Assembly (NCBI RefSeq): GCF_006345805.1
Contig: NC_042999.1
Span: 18,724,001 to 18,788,000, forward strand
Direction of reading: 5' to 3'
From: Octopus sinensis
Taxonomy: Eukaryota
DNA: 64,000 bases
Shown here: in pieces, positions 53,061-64,000 of the stretch
Position numbering within the stretch: the first letter of the stretch is position 1
Layout: each line of letters starts with the position of its first letter
Translations under genes and position numbers: made by a program
Notes under the pieces: model-generated
The model's input: the letters and a program-made list of their open reading frames with translations, nothing else
Database searches by the model: none
What the model was told of the DNA's origin: nothing

Positions 53061-53853
53061 TAAATATATTGTACGGAGTATATTCTGACCTATGTTGAGT
53101 ATGCTTGTATAAACACATTGGTCTTTGTACGTAGAACATTCAGATCACAAGACACTTGCAGTAAAATATATTTTACGCTTTGTTTTATGTTACCTTTTTC
53201 TGTGAAAGTTGTGTCTTGTTAGCCATTGGTATTATATACTTTTCTTAATGACAAATAAATAGCAATTCTAGCTCTGAGTTTCTAGCAGATGAACTATTTA
53301 AGACTGCTATGTCTTCGCTTGCTGGTTATACATATAATGAGAAGACAATAGCTAACTACACACAAACACATAAGTATATACATACAAACATATATCTGAG
53401 CAAATGAGCCCATGAGTATAGAGAGAGAAAGAAAGAGAGAGGGAAGTGATTGAGAGATAGGGAGAGAGGTAGAGAGACCGATTGAGGCAGGGAAGGAGAG
53501 AGACCCATTTCTGGAAAGATATGTCATATGATTATCCATTGGCCAATGAGCGAACGACCTGTTCTTTAAAATAAATGTTCACTTGTAAATCATTCGCATC
53601 TCACATTGCGAATACAAAATTACATTGTTTTCCGCACCTTGTTTATTTTGATTTCTTTTTCTTTTTTGTTCTCAAAACAGTATTATAGTAATTGTCTTTT
53701 TGAAATACATTTTCTATTTTTCAAATACTTGATTCCTCTTTGCAAATGATTCACGTAGCCGATGCTATTCACGTATATATATACATACATATATATATAT
53801 ATATTATATATATATATATATATTATATATATATATATATAATATATATATAT

Positions 53854-53973
53854 AATTTATTATATAGAAGGAGCTTCTACAGGACTAGAACTGTTTCATT
53901 CAAGAGAAATCTTCCTGAAGATTTCTCAATGAACAGTTCTAGTCCTGTAGAAGCTCCTTCTATATAATAAATT
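53854..53973. repeat. Near-perfect 120 bp palindrome
   Basis: At least 39 bp of the arms pair perfectly (ttattatatagaaggagcttctacaggactagaactgtt), then small indels, gagaaatctt and a 4 nt loop. Confidence 0.92.
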
Positions 53974-54038
53974 AATTTTACTCTGCTATGTATTGAGTAC
54001 CTTATTTACTGTGGTTAACCCCGAATCAACCCGGGACC

Positions 54039-54072
<34 letters not shown>

Positions 54073-54077
<5 letters not shown>

Positions 54078-55565
54078 GATCAGTAAGGAATTCATTACTA
54101 AATCAATTGAATTCATCCTACACAATAACCACTTCATGTTTGACAATACATTTTACCGTCAAAAATCCGGAATTGCTATGGGTACAAGGGCAGCACCAGT
54201 CATTGCGAACTTAACAATGGGATACATGGAAATAATCATTTACCAGGAATCTCTATCAATCTTTGGAAACTCCCTCTCTCAATACATAAAAGAGAATTGG
54301 AAACGATTCCTAGACGATTGTTTCATTCTCTGGAATGAAAACATAGATAAACTCCTAAAATTTAAAAACCTATTGAACAGCATAAACCCAAATATACAGT
54401 TCACAATGGAATACAACCAAAAGGAGCTCCCGTTCTTGGATATACTAATTAAAAAAATTAACCTTAAAATAGAAACAGACATTTTTTACAAAGCCACAGA
54501 CGCCAAACAATACCTTCTTTTTAATTCATGCCACCCAAGACACACTAAAACAAACATCCCCTTCAACCTTGCAAGAAGGATATGCACAATAGTGACAGAA
54601 CAAAATACCAGGAACTTTAGACTGCAAGAACTCAAAAACACCCTAATTGACAGACATTACCCAGCTCAACTCATAGAGGATGGGATCAGACGTGCAACAG
54701 AAATCAACATAGAAACTTTAAGAAAAGTTCAACACAACAACACACCTTCCCCGAAAATACTACCTTACATATCTACATACACCCCAGAAACAAAGAAGCC
54801 TTCACCATCATCACCCAGAAGTTACCAATACTTCATAAAAACCCAAAATTAAAGGAAATTCTAAACATACACCAAATCATTAAAAGCTACAAACAGCCTA
54901 AATCACTTAAAAAGATTCTCACAAAGGCAAAATTGTCTTCTAAAATTACGGATGCAAAAGTAAAAAAATGTGGTAGATCGAACTGTGCAACATGTCCTAA
55001 CCTATTGGAAGGATCAGAATTCTTCTTTAAAGAGGGACAGAAATTTAAGATCAAATCTAACTTTACTTGTGCCTCTGAAAACATAATTTATGTTATTAAA
55101 TGCTCGGGCTGCCACCAAGTCTACGTGGGTTCCACGGGACTATCACTCAGGCGCAGATGCACACTGCATCGACAACAGATTGCATTCCCAGAATATAGAA
55201 TGATACCTTTTAGTGAGCACATTGAGAAATGCGCAAAGCAACTACTGCCACAATTTTTAATCTTCCCATTTTACCAATGTGCTTTCGGATCATCAACACA
55301 AATGAGACTGAAGAAGGAAACATTCTTCATTGAAATGTACAAACCCAGACTCAACCATCCGAACATACTGACACAGAGAAATTAACAAGGAAAAGGGAAA
55401 ACAAATCTTTAAGCGATTATCTCCCCTACACCGGAAAAAATCACTCACTACCTCCCCTTATTTAGAAATCTCCTGGAAATAAAAACAACGATAATTCCAT
55501 GCAATATAAACATAACGTCACAAGAAATTTGAAAAGCTACACGCGAAACCGGTAATTTCTTTAAA
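54073..55565 (+). mobile_element. Penelope-like element, 5'-truncated, RT + GIY-YIG, single frameshift near 54781
   Basis: HNNHFMFDNTFYRQKSGIAMGTRAAPVIANLTMGYME...WKRFLDDCF...FLD...TDIFYKATD...SCHPRHTKTNIPFNLARRICTIV. The second frame reads CGRSNCATC...FTCASENIIYVIKCSGCHQVYVGSTG..LRRR...H (GIY-YIG). The frames join with one shift at PYISTY|..RNKEAF. Confidence 0.95.
55522..55561 (+). ncRNA. Minimal type I hammerhead ribozyme candidate (U3:A8 core variant) in the Penelope 3' region
   Basis: aagaaat|TTGAAAA|gc-tacac-gc|GAAA|ccgg|TA|atttctt: 7 bp stem I, G10.1:C11.1 stem II, palindromic ACCGGT stem III and a GUA cleavage triplet. Confidence 0.65.
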
Positions 55566-55737
55566 AATTTTTAAATTATGTCATTTTAAGGAAAGGGAAA
55601 AAAAATTTTTCCAATATTCTCCAGACATTTTGACACAAATATATATATTTTTTAACAATTAAGCCTTCTGTCGTTTTTTCACACTTTACTATTTTCTTAT
55701 ATATTCACCCACGTGCTTTACCAAACAAACTTTCTTA

Positions 55738-55793
<56 letters not shown>

Positions 55794-55795
55794 AT

Positions 55796-55864
<69 letters not shown>

Positions 55865-55886
55865 ATATACATACATACATACATAC

Positions 55887-55987
<101 letters not shown>

Positions 55988-57703
55988 TCATACAGAAGCA
56001 TACCATAAGGAAGGGGAGTTCTAATTTATAAAGATTAATTTCCGGGACAATTCCTCATAACTTATCGTTATTTTCGTCTCTATGCAAACAGTAATGTGTA
56101 ACTTTTACATCATATTTGAATCTTGCATTATATTTGATTTTACAAATCACATGAAAAATAGATAAACGAACAATGTATACATGGAACAGTTCATGATGTG
56201 TTTTAAGTATAACTACGTTCATCTGGAATGTTCATTTAGATATAAAGAGTTGTAATATTTGATTGTGCTACTGGTTACTTTCGAAAATGCTTATTAAGGT
56301 CTAATCAACAAAACGTAAATCAACGGTGAGTAAACCTACGAGGAACCTGGTTATAATTTAACAGGGTTGCAGAATATATTTGAATATATTCTGAACTCGA
56401 AAAGTTTTGTATCCATAATTCCTGTTCAAAATACAGAAAACATCAAATAAACATATATTTTCTGCGAAACATTACCAGCAACCATATTATTATAAATTCC
56501 GAGAGAATGTCATTTAATAATAGTCTCCCATAGACTGAAAATAGTTAGTAGGCGAAATATATCTAAGTTAAGTTAAGTTAATTTTTTGGCTCAAAAATTG
56601 ATCGTTCAAAATTACAGTTCGATCCTAATATAGAATAGATAAATTAAAATATAAGTTATATAATTGTTATTTGGATCACTAAATTAAAGATATACTCCGA
56701 TCTGAAAACTTTCTGCTAGGTGGTATCAGGGTGATAACTTCAAATGACTTGGTTGAATTGTATTTAGAAAACTACATAGAAAAGACGTATGTGAACTATT
56801 GTTGAAGTTTCTTCAAACTCATACTCCAAACTATTTCTTCAGGTTTAGGCACATTTTATCTCCACCGTATATATAAGAACCCATTTCGATCAAATTTTTC
56901 TGAACTTGGTTTCTTGATGAATGAACGTATTTTAAAACTATAAATGCTACTGATGAGTACGATGCATGAATGATAGGAAATAATTTCATAAATTCCTCAA
57001 AAACTGAATTGAGTTGAGGGTATAGAAAAACAAGACAAACTATGCATATGTTTCATTTTATATAGAGTATTGACTCTAACGTTTGCCATGTTTTTCCTCA
57101 CACTCTTCAATCATTTTGAAAGGGAAAAAATATTTTTTGGAAATTTGATGCAGTGTTTTATGAAGAAAAAGAAACCTTCAAAATTTAATTTCTATACTTC
57201 CATCATTTATACTTAAGTGCCAATATGTAAATTCAAGCTGGAAAATATTGAAATAGTACTAAAAAGTGGATGATAGCTGCCTTTGGACTACTTCACTAAA
57301 ACTTGTTTAGTGTATTTTTACCAAGAAGAGCACGTTTAGGTTTTTTACACATAAAGCATTTCAGGTAATTGTTGTAATATTAAATTAGTTCCTGATGTTG
57401 CTTTCCATGGATTTTTGTTCGATATGCCTTGGAAAACAAGGAAGGACTTACATGTCACAGTGAATATTAAAAATAAAATTACTGTTCTTTGTGAAGCAAG
57501 CACAACCAATCAGAAATGAAAGCATTATTGAAAATTTGACCTTAATTGTCTTACAGAAAAATTTTCCAGAATATTGGTTCTATTGTTAAAGAAGTAACAA
57601 TCCACAAGCATCGCAGACAAGTGAATTCTTGTAGAAATGAAAATCAAACAGGATGGAAACTTAGAAGGCTGTTATATGTAATTTTTATAATCTATTGCCT
57701 GCT

Positions 57704-58062
57704 CTGATCTGTGAAATTACGTAGCTACGTGTTATGTCACAGGTAATAATATAGAAGTTTTAAGGTTAATACAGATATCAATATACATATATAAATACAT
57801 ATGTTTTATTTCAAAACAAATACATATAAACGTAATTGTGGCCATTAGGATATGTTAAGTGCCTGTTCATGCAATGAAAATATAAAAAAGTATGAAAGTG
57901 AAAATAAAAGCGTGGGGTAAAGAGAAAAAAGCTGAAGTTTCGATAGAGAAGTAACTATGTTAAAATTATTTGTAAGCTGAGATATCATTGCTATATTATG
58001 GGGTCTTAATGATATTCTTCTTGTCGAGGTATACAGCACTCTTGTGAGAATGTGTATATATC
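57704..58062 (+). repeat. ~360 bp segment, inverted duplicate of 46165-46525
   Basis: See partner. Confidence 0.88.
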
Positions 58063-61000
58063 CGCCTGAGGGAAAGAATCGATTGGAAATGAGGATGCGG
58101 AAACTCTGGTAAGACGATCGCAATAAAAATAGAAAGGTTGGGCATGCACAACAAATTGTAGAATATTGCCGACGCATACAAATCACGAGTTTGTTTCCCA
58201 CATAGGATAAGATCACTGGCAGAAGGGCAGCCCATAACTTATTTTATAAAAAGTGTTTCTTAAATAAACTACTTCGAAGGCCACATTTGCACAAGTATTA
58301 CTGGTCAAAATACCTGCGTTACACAAACTTAGAAATCAAGTAACCTAGGCACACTACTGCTTCAAGTAGAAGCATTCAGTTCAGTAGATGCTTTATTGGT
58401 AGCGAAAGTAAATCAAACCTAATTATATTCCTTTCTATCCATTCGTCCATTTTCTCTGCCCACTATTCTTAAAAGCGTCGTTGGGGTAGAGTCCTGAGAC
58501 ACCGCTTTCAAATCTTCCTATCAGATGTAAGTCATAGTTTCTTACTGGATTCCTAAGTTTGATCCACTGACAGTAAAAATATTGCGGGGTGAAAGCGCTA
58601 AGCAGTGATAAGTAAAATTTGCTGTTATTATCAATTCGAATATACCAAAAGCACGTTCGGATTTGTAAACATGCTATTCACTGTGTTTTGTCACGAAAAG
58701 CAATTTGTTGCTGTAGACATTTAATGTAAATACACCCAAATCAGCTCGCTGCGCCACGAATCTAGACTGTGAGACGCAAGCGTTTCGAAGTATTTTCTCC
58801 TCTTCAATTTCGAAAAGTGGACGGTGGTGCCGCATGCTGATAAGAGAAAAACCTACTCTTATGCTTTTTTCCTGTCAACATATGTCGGCTGGTAGCGCAT
58901 ATTCGAACTGCTAATAATATTGCACTACGAATGCACTCGAGATTTCCCTTTCTTGACCGACTTCTTGTGTTCCGGCCGGTTGGCTCGATTAGAGGAATCT
59001 TTCTTGCGATCCCTTCTTGTGACACTCTAATCACATGTCTGTTGTTAACCGCATCCTCTCAAAGCGGAGGAATAGCGGCTGGACTTGTACTGACTTCCTT
59101 ATCTCCGTGTTATTTTCCATCCCACTAATCTTACGACAGAAATCCTTTGGAGGAACCCTCTTTCGGGCGCTCACTACATTCCCTTCTCTTTATTCATCCA
59201 TGTATGTATAAGTGTATTTTTTATGTGTATCATCTATGTTATGTCGCAATACTACACAGTGGCTTTGTGAGCTACGAAATCCTCGTCACCACTGTTATGT
59301 CGGAGGTTCGGATGCCTTCTACTCAACCCCTCTCCACTCTCCTCCGTCTAGCCTTCTCCCTCTATATCTATGTATTGGGCTAGCCTACTTCATCGTCTAG
59401 GGGGCGTTCACACGTCAATCTAATATATCAAATTTTCTGTCCAGTCAAATCATGAAATGCCAAATCTACATGTTACACGTTATATACATGCAGAATATTT
59501 TAGTTTAGCCTTGTTTTTACTTCCTATATCATATTGCTTTTTGAATTTATTATCCGTCAGGTCAATATAATATTAAATATATAAATTTTCTGTGAGATAG
59601 TTTATCCACCACAGAATAAATGATTTTGATTCACGAGTATCCATTACTTTGATATATTCAAGGATTTAGTTACATTTCAGTCGAGGATATGTTTTAATCC
59701 GTTATTCTAAAACAAACAATGTATATTTTATATGCTGTTCGCGTTTATTACCTTTTTCTTGTTTTGCCTTGACGTTTTTCATAATTCCCTTCTTACACAG
59801 CAAGTACTACTGCTTCATTTTATTTTGTTATTCCTTAGTAAATTCTTACCGTTCTCCGTTTGAAAATTCTGGAATAACGCGTTATTTTTTTTAGCTATTT
59901 CAACAGTTCCTCCCAGTCATACTTTCGATCATGCTGGCAATCTATTGAAGGCTGGTATTTATTGAATTCTTAAGTAACCATGCAGCTACATAGCATAATA
60001 TGCATCATTATTAACAATTATTGCGGTATTAATTATTCCAGCAATGTTCATAAATTATCACTTGTGAAATATTTAACTGCCATCATACACATTTCCAACT
60101 AATGATATGTGAGATATATGAAAACCGTACTCATATATCATAATTAATTTGAAGCGTCGTACATAGATATTACCTTAACCACTTTTCCTTTACTTTATAA
60201 TTACTAGGTTCTAAGCGTGATGTATAAATACCACATATGTAGGGTATAAATCAACTGGATATTATTAGAATGCAAATCATCCACGCATAAGCTTGTGAAA
60301 TCATTTAATCCATAATACTATGTGCTCAAGATTAGATATACCAAAAGCTAGATGGAACGTTCATTTGTCGGTGCTGTAGAAGAGTAGTGAAAATATATAT
60401 TTTAAACGCATACGAATTCAGTTGTATATTATAAACATAATGTAGCCTTCAGTGTGTTGTTTATGTTACGATTTCAGTAGAGTATATACTAAAATATATG
60501 TTTTATGCCTGCTGACCTAGATTATCAAACAGTTATATTTTCAATGATTTATAAACTTAGTTTTCTCCTTCTCCCACGATTTACAAATTCAAACGTGTTA
60601 TCTCTTATTTTTAAATTATAAAACAGCGGCAAGAATTTCTTTCTGAAAACATTCTACTGTATTCTCTTAAATAGGGTAACAGAGTATTCATCATCTCTCT
60701 CTGACTGTTAATACAAATAAATCTAATAACCTGACTTATACTACATATGTTTAGGACTGGATATCGAAATGTTCTTGATATTAATGTTAAGGTGAAGATT
60801 TATGTAATAGAATATATAGTGTATCTTCCGATGTGATTTCACTGCTCGAAGTGATTTTAGTAGTAGGTGTTACAGTATGATGGATCCTGTAAATTTTAAT
60901 TTTATTTTTATTATGCAAGATGTTCGTTTACAAACATCAGTTTGTATTACATAATCAAGGATTGCGATGTCATATGAATTAATTACTACTACTTTCTGTA

Positions 61001-62529
61001 AATAATTATGAACTCTTGGATAAATGAAATTTGTTTAACAGATAATACACGGTTTCATCAAGAGAAATTTAAAATCGACCTTTCAGAGCATGCTTTCTCA
61101 CAGACTGTATAAATTTTAAACTATCTAGTATATACATTTTCATTGGGTAATGTTGAACTGATTCAATGTGACCACATCCTCTGAAAACTTGTTTTCATAA
61201 GAAAATTTCATGAGCGAAAATTTACTGATACCAGGGAGTTTTATAAAGTCTCGTTGATAAAGTACCATATGTTCAATGCGTGGGTACGGAGACTTTACAT
61301 ACAACTAAGAAATTTAAATCAACAATTGTTGAATTTAATTTATGATTTTAGAAATAAAAAAATACGCGATTCTAATGAAAAACATACGTGTTACAATAGC
61401 TACAAAGAACCACGTATTTTGCTACAGTATATTAAACTCTCCTTACAGAATAAGGATACTCCGTAGACAAATGTTGACCGGCATATATAATATCTACGGT
61501 TCTATGTGTGTGTATGTATATATGTTTATATGTTTATATATATATATTTATTCCAATATAATAGTATTATTTTCCAGCAAAATAAAGCACCGTTAAGGTA
61601 GAATCATAAATAGGAAATAGTGGTACAATAAGGCACCAATGCTTGCTGGAAAAAGCAGTTGATAACCGTACGTCGCTATGTAAAACTTCACAGAATGTAT
61701 AGAGGTAAATATGTGTGCGGCCGGCGAAAATATTTTTCGTCTTTCCTCTAAGAAGAACGCCGGAGAAATGGGCAAACTAGTACTCCAGTTTTGGCCTTTG
61801 CAGAATACGCTTGTAAATCTGGTTAGTCCTCTTCATGTAGGTTCACCTGAGACGAAATTTAAAATAACTGCCACATGAATGCGTGAATGTGTATGAGTGT
61901 GTTACACTAACACTGTCGCTCATAACTTCACTCTCTCTATCTCTTTCTCTCCTGAGTCAATTAGGTAAACATTGCACTTGCCTACAATTCAAAAGAAATG
62001 AGGAACTTTTCATTGAAATTCTGTTCAAACACTGAAAATGTGAAACGTTATAATGCTGTACTGAATATCCTCCGATATCCAGTTATTCTAAATTGATATC
62101 TAAATAAATATCCTCCTTGTCTTCATCATAATGTATCCTTTCAGAATTTATAAAACAACCATTCATGCTCGTTACAGTTAATTGAATATCGATATAGATG
62201 ATAATTTGTTTGTTGTGATAATACGAAAAAAAAAAAACAAACAAAAGATCCTCCTTCAAATTTCCGTATTTTCAAACAATTTCAAAAAATTACATAACGG
62301 GCCTTAAGTGATTCATAAAATATTTTACGATTATTCCAAAACAGAAGCATGTAGTAAATGCATGCCTTTTCCCTTTCTTCTAACTAGGAAACATTTAAGA
62401 GTATTGATATAAATATGATAACAGCATTTTATTCACACAATGTGTTATAATACCTAGGATGCACGAGTGGCAATAAAATGATCGTATAAAACTGAACTGG
62501 AAAATCTTTTATTAGGTTGTTGCATATAT

Positions 62530-62581
<52 letters not shown>

Positions 62582-64000
62582 CATATATGTATATATATAT
62601 ATATATATAAATACATATATATATATGTATATATATATATTTATATATATATATGTGTGTGTGTGTGTATGTATACACACACACTACACGCGCATATATG
62701 CATTGAGAGAGAAGCTGTGAGAAAAATACATTTATATGTTTATGCGGAGATAATTGAGAAAACTCCATGTATTTTATGCTTGTCATTATCTGAAGTTAAA
62801 TATTTATTAACGTGTCGATATTTTGCATTTTTGTTGAATAATTAATAATTTTATAATGATAAAACTATGAACACTTCATTTAGTGCTTAGAAAATCCTTA
62901 CTAAATTTATCAAGTATATTCTATAATACTTCAATAAAATTGAAAAATTATTAACTTTAAGAAATTCATTGTGCTATGGATGAAACTATACTGAATCGTG
63001 TTTATAAACCAATCTTTATGCCATAGTGCATCGCAATAGGAAATATGGTATTTTTCAATTGTGTGTTTCATGAAAAATAAAAAAAAACACATTAGAATAC
63101 AACCTGCTTGATTAAATGAATTCTTCTAATTAATTTCAATATGCAATGCTATTATGAATTGTTCGTTGTAAGAATACATTTAGCAGATAATTTATTCACT
63201 CATGAATAAAATATTTTATGCGGAATTCGACATAAATTGAAAATACACTGGTGAGGACAACATCTTCGATAAATATAATCAACTCAATTTGATTAGTATT
63301 TCCTACAAATGAAACCGCTCCATTTTATAAATATTTATAACGCAGGTCAGGACAATCGTGTATAACAGGTACTGTATAATATTTTGTCAAGTCAATTATA
63401 CTTACAAACATATATTCTTACATACATTTAGAAGAGACATTCAAATATGCACCAGGATTTAGACACATCTAGACAACTGTCAAATATACATTTATTTATT
63501 TTCTATAGAAGCGTTATTTATATTCGACAGAAAAATAGCATATTACTCTGGTTTTGAGTATGGATAACTAAATAATTTTCATTATACATTACGTATTGTA
63601 ACATTGATTTTTTTTTCACATTCGGGATACCAAAAAAAGCACTTAGAGATCAAACTGAAAAATACTATATAAAATTCCCAATAAGAAAATATATCAAAAT
63701 TGTATAATTATCAACGAAAACGAAGTAACATGAAAATATTTATAGTATTCAACGGTAACAGATAAAGATTTAGAAATGGAATAACTTCGGGTGACACCTT
63801 CCAACAGTCTAAATTCAATATGTTGTATACTCGTGCCAATGTTTCACACACGTGTTCGTTTAAATGCTTTTTTATGTCATGTAATTATTTGTACGGTATA
63901 AGATCAAAGGGATTCTAGGTCGAGTAACTGAATTTGAAAGTTTTGCTGTCGTTGTTCCGTTGTAGCGTTTACTCTTCTTTGCTGAGGAGCGTTTTGCTTT

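Noticed and set aside
56255-56332. DCATGYFRKC before a GTGAGT donor, EGF-like echo
   Set aside because: Only two Cys, a poor acceptor and incorrect spacing for an EGF/laminin module.

Overview
AT-rich, microsatellite-saturated animal intronic/intergenic DNA. The SINE and microsatellite make-up points to an Octopus-like cephalopod; this is inference, with no database check. No host protein-coding gene can be called with confidence, and most ORF-track entries are translations of (TA)n/(CA)n repeats. The recognisable content is mobile DNA: two abundant tRNA-derived SINE families (called A and B here) plus one copy of a third, a near-intact 5'-truncated Penelope-like element (RT + GIY-YIG), a decayed Penelope, R4/Dong-like (RLE), CR1-like, Tx1/L1-like and RTE LINE fragments, a mariner remnant, two non-autonomous Helitrons and several MITE-like hairpins. 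The most interesting signals are structural. (1) Three minimal hammerhead-ribozyme-like folds with palindromic stem III; the best lies just 3' of the Penelope ORF and has a compensatory U3:A8 core instead of C3:G8. (2) Two SINE/LINE pairs with shared 3' tails, one showing compensatory base changes in a hairpin. (3) A Helitron carrying a 5' LINE ORF1-like fragment. (4) A ~470 bp internally deleted RTE. (5) Long inverted repeats.
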